A DNA stretch of 64,000 nucleotides from Marivita sp. (GCF_017643905.1 NZ_JAEPMO010000002.1:356-64355), one strand, 5' to 3'; positions 52,681 to 62,447 are shown, numbered from the stretch's first letter. The notes: generated by a model not told the origin, from the letters alone. Made by a program: numbers and translations.

Positions 52681-53985
52681 TCAATTGAACATGGTGTTTG
52701 GCAGGAAGAGCGAGATCTGCGGGAAAGCTACAAGTATGGCCAGAGTGATCAGCATCATCACCCAGAACGGGATGACCCCGACAAAGATCCGCCCCAGCGA
52801 CACGCCCGGCGCCACGGATTTCACGATAAACACGTTAAGCCCCACAGGTGGAGAGATCAGCCCCATCTCGAGCGAAAGCACGACCAGCACGCCGAACCAG
52901 ATCGGGTCGATCCCCGTCTCCAGCACGATGGGAAAGAAGATCGGCAAGGTCAGCACCAGCATCGCGAAGCCTTCAAGGAAACACCCGAGCACGATGTAGA
53001 TGCCAAGGATCAACAGCAGGCTGCCCATCGGCCCGAGATCAAGCGCGACAAAGGCTTGCGCCACCAGATCGGTCATATGGCTGAGCGCGAGGAACGGATT
53101 GATCATATGCGCGGCGATGAGGATCAGCATGACCGTGGCCGTGGTCACGACGCTGTCTTTCGAGGCGGCCCAGAGCATGGAGAGCGTCATTGTTCGGGTG
53201 ACCACGCCGATCAGGATCACCGCCCCTGCCCCAACGGCGGCTGCCTCAACCGGCGAAAAGAAACCGCCATACATGCCGCCGATGGTGATGAAGATGACCA
53301 GCACAATGGGTCCGGCACCTCCAATCGCCCGGAGTTTCTCGGACAGGGCGGTCTTTGGCCCGGCTGGTCCCAATTCTGGGCGGATCATGCAGAGCATCGT
53401 TACCGCAAGTACGAACATGGTGAGCAAGAGCAGGCCCGGAAGTACACCGGCAAGGAACAGGCGGCCGATGGATTGCTCGGTGAGGATGGCATAGATCACA
53501 AAACCTGTGGAGGGCGGGATCAGAATGCCCAGCGTGCCGCCCGCTGCAACCACGCCAGTGGACAGGCGGTCGTCGTATTTGAAGCGGTCCATTTCCGACA
53601 GGGCGACCTTGCCCATTGTCAGGGCAGACGCGACGGACGACCCTGATAGCGCCGCGAACCCGCCGCAGCCGATCACAGTGGCCGAAGCCAAGCCGCCGCG
53701 GATCGACCCGATTACAGCATAAGCGGCGTCGAACAATTGGCGGCTCATACCGGTCTGCGATGCGACATTGCCCATCAGGATGAAGAGCGGGATCACCACC
53801 AATTCCGGCGAGGAGGCCAAGGTGAACGCCTCGGACGCCAAGAGCGAGGTGGCCGCGTTCAGACCGTTCAGCGCCCAGATGCCGAGAAAGCCGATCACGA
53901 ACATCGCAAAGGCCACGGGTACCCGCAGCGCCAGCAGCGCAAACAGCGCGAGCATCCCAACCACGCCTGTGACGGACGCGCTCAT
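52681..53985 (-). CDS. TRAP transporter large permease (DctM family)
   Basis: 434 aa and polytopic. It overlaps the DctQ gene stop (ATGA). Confidence 0.9.
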   Translation of the reverse strand: MSASVTGVVGMLALFALLALRVPVAFAMFVIGFLGIWALNGLNAATSLLASEAFTLASSPELVVIPLFILMGNVASQTGMSRQLFDAAYAVIGSIRGGLASATVIGCGGFAALSGSSVASALTMGKVALSEMDRFKYDDRLSTGVVAAGGTLGILIPPSTGFVIYAILTEQSIGRLFLAGVLPGLLLLTMFVLAVTMLCMIRPELGPAGPKTALSEKLRAIGGAGPIVLVIFITIGGMYGGFFSPVEAAAVGAGAVILIGVVTRTMTLSMLWAASKDSVVTTATVMLILIAAHMINPFLALSHMTDLVAQAFVALDLGPMGSLLLILGIYIVLGCFLEGFAMLVLTLPIFFPIVLETGIDPIWFGVLVVLSLEMGLISPPVGLNVFIVKSVAPGVSLGRIFVGVIPFWVMMLITLAILVAFPQISLFLPNTMFN

Positions 53986-54488
53986 GAGTGGGTCTCTTTG
54001 CGGATGTCGCGGCCCGTGATCGAAAGCTCAAGCGCGCGCAGGGCAAGGCCAAGAGATGCGAGGCACAGAAACCCGATAGAGGCCCATTGGAACCACGCCT
54101 TGGGCAGATAAAGAAGGTTGGTCGACAGGTTGAGCATGACTGACAGTTTGGCGCTGTCCCATGTGGCCCATGCCAGCGTGGCAAAGATAACCGCGCCCAT
54201 GGTGGCAACACAGATGTCGATCAGACAGTTCATTGCGTCCGGGAAATAGCGTTCGAACAGATCGACCGAGATGTGCCCGCCCAGCCGGTCACAGAGCGCC
54301 ATTGGCGCAAAGACAAGGATCACCGTCGCCATCGTCGCGACGTCCTGGCCGCCGTAGAGAGGTTTGCCAAAGGCCCGCCCCACCACGTCAATCAGCACCA
54401 CACCCACAACAAACAAGAGAGCGGTCGATCCAATAGCGGCGGACAGGCCGATCAGCCTGTCCGCAAGGGTGCGTATCCGCTCCAACAC
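53982..54488 (-). CDS. TRAP transporter small permease (DctQ family)
   Basis: 168 aa with 4 TM segments and a GTG start. It lies directly after the DctP gene. Confidence 0.85.
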   Translation of the reverse strand: MLERIRTLADRLIGLSAAIGSTALLFVVGVVLIDVVGRAFGKPLYGGQDVATMATVILVFAPMALCDRLGGHISVDLFERYFPDAMNCLIDICVATMGAVIFATLAWATWDSAKLSVMLNLSTNLLYLPKAWFQWASIGFLCLASLGLALRALELSITGRDIRKETHS

Positions 54489-55463
54489 TTAGTTCTGCAT
54501 TGCAGCCAAAGCTGCTTCGCCGCCAACACTGGCGACATATTCGGCCACCACGCCAGACACGGCATCGGCAAAGGCCTGTGTTTCTTCGGGGGTCAGATCG
54601 ACAAAGGTGTTCTTGCTGTCCTGACGGGCCCGCGCCACGCCTTCTTCTGCGGTGACGTTCCATGCGGTTTCGGCATTGTTGCCCAGCGCACAGCCGCTGG
54701 CAGCGTCGAAGGCCGCCTTGGCCTCGTCGGACAGGCCATTATAGGCGTTCTGGCCCATCACGGCAAAGAACGCGAGGCGGCCCAGCGGTGCGCCGATGGT
54801 GAAGGCATCCGCCACTTCGTCAAGTTTGAAGTCGTTGAGCGTGGAGGATCCGGTGAACACGCCGTCGATCAGTCCGGTCTGCAAGGAGTTGTAGACCTGG
54901 TTGATCGGCATTTGCACCGGCGTTGCACCCAGAGCTTCGGCCACTTTGCCAGCTGTTGCGCCCGCGACGCGGATCTTGAGGCCCGCCAGATCGGCAGGGG
55001 TGCGGACAACCTTGTCCTTCATGATCATGATGTTCGGCTCGGACGTCCAGAGCGCCACAGGCACCGTGCCGGGGAATTCGCCCGCGATCTCGTCCATCGC
55101 ATCGCAGAGCGCGTCTGCGCCGGATTTGCCTTCCGGCACAACACCCGGCAGTTCGACGATCATGGTCTTTTCGAACTGCTGCGAGGTATAGCCCGGCAGA
55201 CCCCATGTGATGTCGGCCACGCCCTGTACCGCGCGGACATATTGCTCGACCGGACCCGCGCCCAGTTCACCGCCGTGATAGCCGCGCACGGTCAGGCTTC
55301 CGCCCGTCGCCGCCGACAGATCGGCGTTCAGTTTTTCGATCACGCTGGCATTGACCGTGTGGAACGGCGGCGTGAAATTGGCGAATTTCAATTCCTGAGC
55401 GGCCAGAGGTGCAGCGGCAGCCACAGCCAAAGCGGCTCCGATAAACGTCGTTCTGAGTGTCAT
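54489..55463 (-). CDS. TRAP transporter substrate-binding protein (DctP family)
   Basis: 324 aa with a signal peptide MTLRTTFIGAALAVAAAAPLAA and DctP-like body. Confidence 0.9.
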   Translation of the reverse strand: MTLRTTFIGAALAVAAAAPLAAQELKFANFTPPFHTVNASVIEKLNADLSAATGGSLTVRGYHGGELGAGPVEQYVRAVQGVADITWGLPGYTSQQFEKTMIVELPGVVPEGKSGADALCDAMDEIAGEFPGTVPVALWTSEPNIMIMKDKVVRTPADLAGLKIRVAGATAGKVAEALGATPVQMPINQVYNSLQTGLIDGVFTGSSTLNDFKLDEVADAFTIGAPLGRLAFFAVMGQNAYNGLSDEAKAAFDAASGCALGNNAETAWNVTAEEGVARARQDSKNTFVDLTPEETQAFADAVSGVVAEYVASVGGEAALAAMQN

Positions 55464-55553
55464 GTCTTCCTCCCATGAGTGGTCCGACCCTGTCAGACCA
55501 AGTGTGACAGGCGGCGCCCCTTCTGCGTGGGCGCCACCTGAATTTCGTGCCGA

Positions 55554-56960
55554 TCAGACGGCTTTTGTCCGCCAGCTGTTCTCAGCATAGCTCGAACGGG
55601 CTTCGTTCGAATACGGTGTCGGCGACACACGGACACGAATTTCGGCCTGTTTGTGCTGCTCGGTCGAGGTTTTTGCCGTGTCATCGCTTTCACCCCAGCG
55701 CAGAGTGAGGACATCGCCCACCTCGACGCTCTGGTCCACGACGCCAAGCGAAAGCACGCAGCGTTCGTTATAGCTGTAGCCGTTGAACATGCTCATGCCG
55801 ACCATTTTGTCACCGTGCATGACCATATCCACCGACGAGGACGCGTAGTTCGGCTGCGGGAAGTCGATCCACTTGTAGGGGATGCCGTCCTCAAACGCCG
55901 ATGCGATGACCTTGAGCACATCTTCCTTGTTCCACTCGAAGGTGACTTTCTTGCGGTTGGTCTTGCTCTCTTTCATCTTGAGAAGCGCGTCCTTGCCGAT
56001 GAAGTCGTCCTTCTTCCAGCCGATGTAGAAGTCGTAGCCCAGTTCGAACGGGTTCACGTAGTAGTCTTCGATGTTGTCGCTGATGAAGCTGCCGCCGATG
56101 GCGCCTGCCGCTTCGTACATGTCGGTGCCCAGCCAGTCGCGGTAATCGGCCAACATGCCGTCGCCGGTGTAGATGCCCGGCAGCGGTGACGGAATCCAGC
56201 CCGACTCAAGCGTGTTGGTCGAATAGGCGCGGCTGCCGCACTGGACTAGATCAACGCCTGCATCGCGCGCCGCCTGAAGGATGGTCGAGTGGATGTAGTG
56301 CTTGTCCTCATACGGGCCCCAGACTTCGAGACCCGGCGCACCGGACATGCCGTGGCGCAGCGCCTGCACCTTCTTGGAGCCGATATTGATCCAGTCGACG
56401 TGGAAGAACTTGATGTCCGGGATCGGTCCGCCATTCATCTTTTCAAAGATCTTCGGCGCGTCCGGGCCCTGAATCTGGTAGCGATAATGGGTGCGCAACA
56501 CGCGCTCGCCTTCGGGGCGCGATGTGGAGCGAGGGTCGTGCTTGATCCGGACGTTCCACTTGCCCCAAGCGGCGGCGAACATCAGCCAGTTGGAGGTCGG
56601 CGCACGGCCGACGAGGATGAACTTGTCCTCACGCTCGCGGAAGATGATGTGGTCTCCGATCACATGACCAGCGGGCGTCACAGGCACATAGTGCTTGGCG
56701 CGGTTCAGGTTGAAATTTCCGAATGCATTGATGCCGTGATAGGCAAGGAATTCCTCGGCCTGCGGGCCTTCGACAATCAGCTCGTCCATGTGGTGGGACT
56801 GGTCGAACAGAACTGCGGTCTTGCGCCACGCTTCCTGCTCTACCCGCCAGTTGCGGAATTCCGGTGTAACGACCGGGTAGACATACATCCCGATCTGGGA
56901 ATTCCGAAGCATTTCAACGGGATTTCCCCATTCCTTCATCTTATCTGACAAGCTCGGCAT
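55554..56960 (-). CDS. tetrahydrofolate-dependent aryl O-demethylase (LigM-like; aminomethyltransferase fold)
   Basis: The ATG at 56960 gives MPSLSDKMKEWGNPVEMLRNSQIGMYVYPVV. It is collinear with my memory of Sphingobium SYK-6 LigM (VEMLRNSQIGAYVYPVV..., LESGWIPSPLP, NIEDYYVNP). The track start at 56978 is TTG, inside the Shine-Dalgarno. Confidence 0.85.
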   Translation of the reverse strand: MPSLSDKMKEWGNPVEMLRNSQIGMYVYPVVTPEFRNWRVEQEAWRKTAVLFDQSHHMDELIVEGPQAEEFLAYHGINAFGNFNLNRAKHYVPVTPAGHVIGDHIIFREREDKFILVGRAPTSNWLMFAAAWGKWNVRIKHDPRSTSRPEGERVLRTHYRYQIQGPDAPKIFEKMNGGPIPDIKFFHVDWINIGSKKVQALRHGMSGAPGLEVWGPYEDKHYIHSTILQAARDAGVDLVQCGSRAYSTNTLESGWIPSPLPGIYTGDGMLADYRDWLGTDMYEAAGAIGGSFISDNIEDYYVNPFELGYDFYIGWKKDDFIGKDALLKMKESKTNRKKVTFEWNKEDVLKVIASAFEDGIPYKWIDFPQPNYASSSVDMVMHGDKMVGMSMFNGYSYNERCVLSLGVVDQSVEVGDVLTLRWGESDDTAKTSTEQHKQAEIRVRVSPTPYSNEARSSYAENSWRTKAV

Positions 56961-56984
56961 AGGTGTGATTTCCTCCAAAGGTAA

Positions 56985-57713
56985 TTATTCTGCAGATAGT
57001 AGAGACAGGCCGGGCACGCGCGTCGCGACCCCCGGTCCGGCATTGGCGAGATAGTCCAGGTTGCGCCGCGCAAGGCGGGCGTGTTCGCGCGCCAGATGTT
57101 CGGCGCGCGCGCCTTCCCGGGCGCGGATCGCCTCGAGGATGGCACGGTGTTGGTGCTGCGCACGGACGAGCGATGCGCTGAAATCCGGGATCAGTTCCTG
57201 TTCGCGCAGGAAAGCGCTGGGGGATGCCAGAGGCAGGCGGCTGACACGGTCGGCTTCGCGCTGAATCAGCTGGCTGCCCGCCAGACGCGCCATGAGCAGA
57301 TGAAACGCCGCGTTTTCAGAGATATAAGCCTCGAAATCAATATGTTCGGGATTGGTCAGCGCTGTGTCGATCCGGTCCAGTACACGCTCGGCTTCGGCCA
57401 GGGCATCTGGGTCTGCGCCTCGCTCTGCCGCGATGCGGACAGCGGTGCCTTCGATAACGCCACGCAGTTCGATCGCGTCATTGATGTCGTCCAGCGTGAA
57501 GCGCGCGGCGCGGCACCCGCCGGTTTCGATCCGTTCCAGCAAGCCTTCGGCGACAAGACGGTCCATCGCCTGACGCAGCGGCGTGCGCGACAGGCCAAGC
57601 CGTTCTGCCAAAGCCACTTCGGGCAAACGCGTGCTTGCGGCGAATTCGCCGCTCATCACGAGCGACCGAAGGCCAAGCAGCGCCTTGTCGAACTGAGTCT
57701 TGCGATCAGACAT
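56985..57713 (-). CDS. GntR family transcriptional regulator (FadR/FCD subfamily)
   Basis: 242 aa with an N-terminal winged HTH (LPEVALAERLGLSRTPLRQAMDRLVAEGLL) and an FCD domain. Confidence 0.85.
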   Translation of the reverse strand: MSDRKTQFDKALLGLRSLVMSGEFAASTRLPEVALAERLGLSRTPLRQAMDRLVAEGLLERIETGGCRAARFTLDDINDAIELRGVIEGTAVRIAAERGADPDALAEAERVLDRIDTALTNPEHIDFEAYISENAAFHLLMARLAGSQLIQREADRVSRLPLASPSAFLREQELIPDFSASLVRAQHQHRAILEAIRAREGARAEHLAREHARLARRNLDYLANAGPGVATRVPGLSLLSAE

Positions 57714-57771
57714 GCACCCCCCTCAGAGCGCGCGCCGCTCTCCCCTGCGGCGTTCTGATCATTTCGTAGAT

Positions 57772-57846
57772 TGTATACAGAAATCTGTCAATCTCGGATT
57801 TATACGCTGAAAATGCGAGACAATGCGAATTCCTGTATACAGAAAT
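57772..57846. promoter_or_regulatory. two copies of TGTATACAGAAAT (GntR-type GT-N-AC palindromes)
   Basis: Identical 13-mers lie at 57772..57784 and 57834..57846, each containing the perfect palindrome TGTATACA. They are upstream of the GntR-ligM-TRAP operon. Confidence 0.5.
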
Positions 57847-57849
57847 GTG

Positions 57850-58743
57850 CTAAGGCCAGTCGAATGGCCGCGCAGGATCGGACACGCCCTGCTCTAAACC
57901 CTTGAGAAAAGACAGCCTGTAAGCGCCCGGCGGCTGGTTGGCGTGGCGTACGAAAAACCGGCTGAACTGCGCCGCGGACCCGAAGCCCAGCGCGCTTGCG
58001 ATCTCGTTGACGGACCGCCCCGAGGTTTCCAGCAGCAGCCGCGATTCGATCATCACCCGCCGGTCGATAATGTCCTTAGGGCCAAGCCCGCGCACCCGCT
58101 GGCAGATGTCTCCCAGTCGGTCCCGCGTCACACCCAACGTTTCCGCGTATAGCGACACCGACCATCGGTCGCGGAAATGCCGTTCGACCAGCGTGCTGAA
58201 CCGGGTAAAGGCGCGATGCGACGGGCTGGCCCCCTGCGGACCATCGGAATAGGACGGCGCGGACCGCAGCAGTTCGATCAGGATCACCCGCAGATAAGCC
58301 TCGACCACCACATGGGCCGCGACAGCATCGTCCTCCAATTCGCGGCGTATCCCGGCAAAGGCTGTGCGCAGGGCGCCTCTGCGTTCGGATGCAGAGGTGA
58401 GCGGCACCGTCAGCTTGTGATCGGCCACATCGCGCAGGTCGCGGGCTTCGGGCAGGTGCCCGATGGTGTTGCCCAAGGCGCTCGCGCTGAGCAGCACATA
58501 AGTTCCCACCGTGCCCGCATCGAAGCGCAGGCGCGACGTGTCATCCCAGGGTCGCCATGCCAGCACGGGCGCATTGATCCGGTCTTCCTCGCCCGCCAAT
58601 ACAGCACCGCCCTCTTCCAGCAGAACGGCACACCAGGACGGGCCACGCAGGCTTTCCGCCAGACCGACGATGCGACTGCGCAATCCCCCGGTCAAAGCCC
58701 CGGCGCGCACGGTGGCGGAGTCGTGAAAACGCAGATCTGGCAT
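57850..58743 (-). CDS. AraC family transcriptional regulator
   Basis: The C-terminal AraC HTH pair reads SVSLYAETLGVTRDRLGDICQR ... VNEIASALGFGSAAQFSRFF. ATG is at 58743; the track start at 58746 is TTG. Confidence 0.8.
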   Translation of the reverse strand: MPDLRFHDSATVRAGALTGGLRSRIVGLAESLRGPSWCAVLLEEGGAVLAGEEDRINAPVLAWRPWDDTSRLRFDAGTVGTYVLLSASALGNTIGHLPEARDLRDVADHKLTVPLTSASERRGALRTAFAGIRRELEDDAVAAHVVVEAYLRVILIELLRSAPSYSDGPQGASPSHRAFTRFSTLVERHFRDRWSVSLYAETLGVTRDRLGDICQRVRGLGPKDIIDRRVMIESRLLLETSGRSVNEIASALGFGSAAQFSRFFVRHANQPPGAYRLSFLKGLEQGVSDPARPFDWP

Positions 58744-58751
58744 CAAGAATC

Positions 58752-58800
58752 CCGCAAAATGATAACTTATTGCCGCAAGATATCATTTACTCTGCGCAAG
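58752..58800. promoter_or_regulatory. three (C/G)CGCAA(A/G) boxes phased exactly 21 bp apart
   Basis: CCGCAAA at 58752, CCGCAAG at 58773 and GCGCAAG at 58794, between the AraC gene and the aldehyde dehydrogenase gene. Confidence 0.4.
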
Positions 58801-58819
58801 TCAGCACGATTTTAGAGAT

Positions 58820-60310
58820 ATGCCGTGGGGAGACGGCCCGTTCAGTGAGCCTGGGGAGGAGCATCTGTACGAAACCCGCTTGATAATTGCCGGGCGACAC
58901 ATCGCGCCTGATCCGGTGGTTGCGTTCGAACGACGCGACCCTGTCTCAGACGCCGTGGTGACCCGCGCCGCCGCCGGACGCGCGGCCGAAGCACGCGCTG
59001 CTGCTGTTGCTGCAGCCAGCGCCTTTGCCGATTGGGCAGCGACCCCAGTGCGCGACCGGATCGGCCTTTTGCAGGCTGCGGCCGACGCGCTTGAGGCGCA
59101 TGCGGACGAGGTGGTCGATATATCCTGCGCCGAAGTGGGATCGTCCCCGGATTGGGTGCGCTTCAACGTTGGATTGGCCGCGGCAATGCTGCGGCAGACC
59201 TCTGATCTGGCCGAGGTCCTCGACAATACGGAAAGCCCGGTGGAGGGCCATTTTCTGCGGCGCAGACCGGCTGGTGTGGTGCTTGGTATCGCGCCGTGGA
59301 ACGCTGCGGTCACATTGGCCACCCGTGCCGTGGCCGCGCCCTTGGCCTGCGGCAACACGGTTGTGTTGAAAGGCTCGGAACTTTGCCCCAAGACGCATGA
59401 ATGGGTGGCGGAAACGATCTGCAATGCCGGTCTCCCGGATGGGGTCTTGAACTACATCACCAATGCGCCAGACCACGCGGAAGAAGTGGTGGATGCGTTG
59501 ATCGCCCACCCGGCTGTGCGGCGTGTGAATTTCACTGGCTCAACCCGCGTCGGGCGCGAAATCGCGATGAGTGCGGCCAAGCACCTCAAGCCGTGTTTGT
59601 TGGAACTGTCCGGCAAGGGCACGGCGGTGGTTCTGGCAGATGCCGACATCGACCTTGCCGCTCGCGCCATCGCCCATGGCAGTTTCTTCAACCAAGGCCA
59701 GATTTGCATGTCGACCGAACGGGTGATCGCAGACACGTCGGTTGCGGACGCTCTGGTCGCACGCTTGGCGCGAGAGGCCGAGGCGCTGCGCTTTGAACCC
59801 GGTCAGGCCAGCCCCTTGGGTGCACTGATCAGCCCGGCGGCGGCGGTGCGGGTGCGGGCGATGATCGACGATGCGGTCTCAAAAGGCGCGGTTCTGGTCA
59901 CTGGCGGCGAACTGTCCGGCGGCGGCTTGCAGCCTGCGGTGCTGGACCGGGTTGCACCGGGAATGATGCTTTACGACGAAGAGGCGTTCGGCCCCGTGAC
60001 CGGTGTGATCCGTGTCGGTGATGCGGAAGAAGCGCTGGCCATCGCCAATGACACGGATTTCGGCCTCGTGGCATCGGTCTTCAGTCGCGACACGGCTGCG
60101 GCGCAGGACATGCTCTGCCAGATCGAAACCGGGATCGGCCATGTCAACGGCTCGACCGTCTATGACAACCCGCGCCTGCCCTTCGGCGGCGTCAAAGCGT
60201 CAGGCTATGGCCGCTTTGGCGGGCGCGATGCGGTGACCGAATTCACCGACTGCCAATGGATCGCCAAGCACGACCAGCCCTCGCCCGAGGGCAAAACCAA
60301 CAACCAATAA
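58820..60310 (+). CDS. NAD(P)-dependent aldehyde dehydrogenase (aromatic aldehyde type by context)
   Basis: 496 aa with the catalytic Glu in LLELSGKG and the catalytic Cys in NQGQICMSTER. Confidence 0.85.
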   Translation: MPWGDGPFSEPGEEHLYETRLIIAGRHIAPDPVVAFERRDPVSDAVVTRAAAGRAAEARAAAVAAASAFADWAATPVRDRIGLLQAAADALEAHADEVVDISCAEVGSSPDWVRFNVGLAAAMLRQTSDLAEVLDNTESPVEGHFLRRRPAGVVLGIAPWNAAVTLATRAVAAPLACGNTVVLKGSELCPKTHEWVAETICNAGLPDGVLNYITNAPDHAEEVVDALIAHPAVRRVNFTGSTRVGREIAMSAAKHLKPCLLELSGKGTAVVLADADIDLAARAIAHGSFFNQGQICMSTERVIADTSVADALVARLAREAEALRFEPGQASPLGALISPAAAVRVRAMIDDAVSKGAVLVTGGELSGGGLQPAVLDRVAPGMMLYDEEAFGPVTGVIRVGDAEEALAIANDTDFGLVASVFSRDTAAAQDMLCQIETGIGHVNGSTVYDNPRLPFGGVKASGYGRFGGRDAVTEFTDCQWIAKHDQPSPEGKTNNQ

Positions 60311-60323
60311 GGGAGGACGACAC

Positions 60324-61526
60324 ATGAAACGCAGAAACCTATTCGGATTGGCCGCGGCCCTGACCGTTGCCACCGCATTGAGCGGCCCGCTTGCCGCACA
60401 AGAGACGCTCAAGATCGGCGCGGTTGGCCCCAAGACCGGCCCGCTTGCCGGTGGTGGTGCGGTCACGTTCTGGCCGAACGTGCAGCTTTGGGCACATGAC
60501 GTGAACGAAGCCGGTGGCATCGACGTCGGTGGCACCAAGATGATGGTCGAGATCATCGAATACGATGACCAGACCAACCCGGGTGAGACCATCAAGGCAG
60601 TGCAGCGACTGGCAACGCAGGACGAGGCGGATTTCATCCTCGCACCTTATGGGACCGGCCTGAACATTGCGGCGGCCCCCATCTTTGAACGCTATGGCTA
60701 CCCGATGGTTACGCACACAGCGATTTCCGACCAGATCGCGGACCTGTCGAGCAAGTTCCCGAACATGTACTTCCTGCTGGGCGGCGCGACCGGCCTTGCA
60801 GGCGGTGTCGTTGACGTGTTGACCCAGATGCGCGACGCAGGAGAGATCGGCAACTCGGTCGCCATGGTCAACGTGGCAGATGCGTTCGGCATCGAACTGG
60901 CCGAAGCCGCGCGTCCTCAGTTCGAGGCCGCCGGGTTTGAAATCGTTTACGACTCGTCCTACCCGCTCGGCACGCAGGACCTGTCACCGGTTATCAACGG
61001 CGCAAAGGACTCGAACCCCGATGCGTTTGTCGCGTGGTCCTATCCGCCTGACACGTTTGGTCTGACCGAACAGGCGCAGATCGCGGGTCTCGCTCCCAAA
61101 GCGTTCTACACAGCCGTGGCCACCGCGTTCCCGTCTTACGGCGCACGCTTTGGAGCCGCGGCTGAGGGCGTGCTCGGTGCAGGGGGCGTGTTCGCCGATG
61201 GCGACGCGTTCAAGGATTACGCAGCCCGCCACGAAGCCGTGACAGGCGCGAAGCCCGACTTCTGGGCCTCTGCGCCGGCCTACGCCTCGTTCCAGATCCT
61301 GCAGCAGGCCATCGAGGGCGCTGGCACCACGGACAAGGCGGCTGTGGCGGAATACATCGCCAACAACGACTTCGACACGATCATCGGCCCGATCACATGG
61401 GACGAGAACAACTCGAACGCCAAATACTGGACCGTGGGTCAGTGGCAGGGCGGCGTGTTCAAGGGCGTGGCCTCGACCGGTCGTGACGGTGCCGTTCCCG
61501 CAATGCCCAAGACCGGCTGGGAATAA
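60324..61526 (+). CDS. ABC transporter substrate-binding protein (LivJ/Peripla_BP_6 family)
   Basis: 400 aa with a signal peptide MKRRNLFGLAAALTVATALSGPLAA. A GGGAGGA Shine-Dalgarno precedes it. Confidence 0.85.
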   Translation: MKRRNLFGLAAALTVATALSGPLAAQETLKIGAVGPKTGPLAGGGAVTFWPNVQLWAHDVNEAGGIDVGGTKMMVEIIEYDDQTNPGETIKAVQRLATQDEADFILAPYGTGLNIAAAPIFERYGYPMVTHTAISDQIADLSSKFPNMYFLLGGATGLAGGVVDVLTQMRDAGEIGNSVAMVNVADAFGIELAEAARPQFEAAGFEIVYDSSYPLGTQDLSPVINGAKDSNPDAFVAWSYPPDTFGLTEQAQIAGLAPKAFYTAVATAFPSYGARFGAAAEGVLGAGGVFADGDAFKDYAARHEAVTGAKPDFWASAPAYASFQILQQAIEGAGTTDKAAVAEYIANNDFDTIIGPITWDENNSNAKYWTVGQWQGGVFKGVASTGRDGAVPAMPKTGWE

Positions 61527-61580
61527 TCCCGCGTTGGCCCCGGCAGGTCCGGGGCCATCCACACCTAACCCGGAGACCAC

Positions 61581-62447
61581 ATGGATATTCTGATCACAGG
61601 GCTTTTGCTGGGTGGCACCTACGCGCTGATCGCGATGGGGCTGAACCTGCAATATGGCATGGCAAGGATCATGAACCTCGCCAATGGGGAATTCCTTGTG
61701 GCCGGCGGCTTTGCGGCCTTCTGGTTTTACACGGCGGGTCAGGTCAGCCCGCTTCTGACGCTCTTCATCGTGGCGCCTCTGGCGTTTGGGTTGAACTGGC
61801 TGATCTATGTCGTGATGCTGCGCCCGCTGGTCAAACGCGCCAAGTCGCATGGCCAGCTTGAGGTCGACGCGATCCTGACCACCTTTGGCCTCGCCTTCGT
61901 ATCGGTCGGCATCATGCTGGCGCTGTTTGGCGGTGACTACTTTTCCTATTCCTACCTCGCCCGTCCCATCACCCTGATCGGGGACACATACGCACTGAAT
62001 CGCGTGACCGCAGCCGTGGCGGCAGTGATCATCTGCGGTGGCTTGTGGCTTTGGCTGAACCGCACCCGAGCGGGCATGTCGATCCGGGCGATTGCCGTCG
62101 ATCCGAAAAGCGCGCGGCTGGTGGGCATCGATGTGCCCAAGCTGTCCGCGTTGGCCTTCGCCCTTGGCGGGGCCGTGACCGCCGTAGGCGGTGCGTTGAT
62201 TTCCACCTTCCTGATGCTCGATGCCTCGACCGGCGTGCTCTTCACGCTCAAGGCACTGGTGATCGTGATCATGGGCGGTGTCGGTGACGTGCGCGGCACC
62301 ATCGTCGCAGCACTCTTGCTGGGTATCCTGGAGACATTCGTAGCCACGTTGATCGACCCCGGTCTGACACTGGCTGCAGCCTATCTGCTCTTTGTCCTCA
62401 TCCTGCTATTCCGTCCGCAGGGCCTGTTCGGGAGGCGCACAACATGA
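61581..62447 (+). CDS. branched-chain-type ABC transporter permease (LivH-like)
   Basis: 288 aa, polytopic. Confidence 0.88.
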   Translation: MDILITGLLLGGTYALIAMGLNLQYGMARIMNLANGEFLVAGGFAAFWFYTAGQVSPLLTLFIVAPLAFGLNWLIYVVMLRPLVKRAKSHGQLEVDAILTTFGLAFVSVGIMLALFGGDYFSYSYLARPITLIGDTYALNRVTAAVAAVIICGGLWLWLNRTRAGMSIRAIAVDPKSARLVGIDVPKLSALAFALGGAVTAVGGALISTFLMLDASTGVLFTLKALVIVIMGGVGDVRGTIVAALLLGILETFVATLIDPGLTLAAAYLLFVLILLFRPQGLFGRRTT

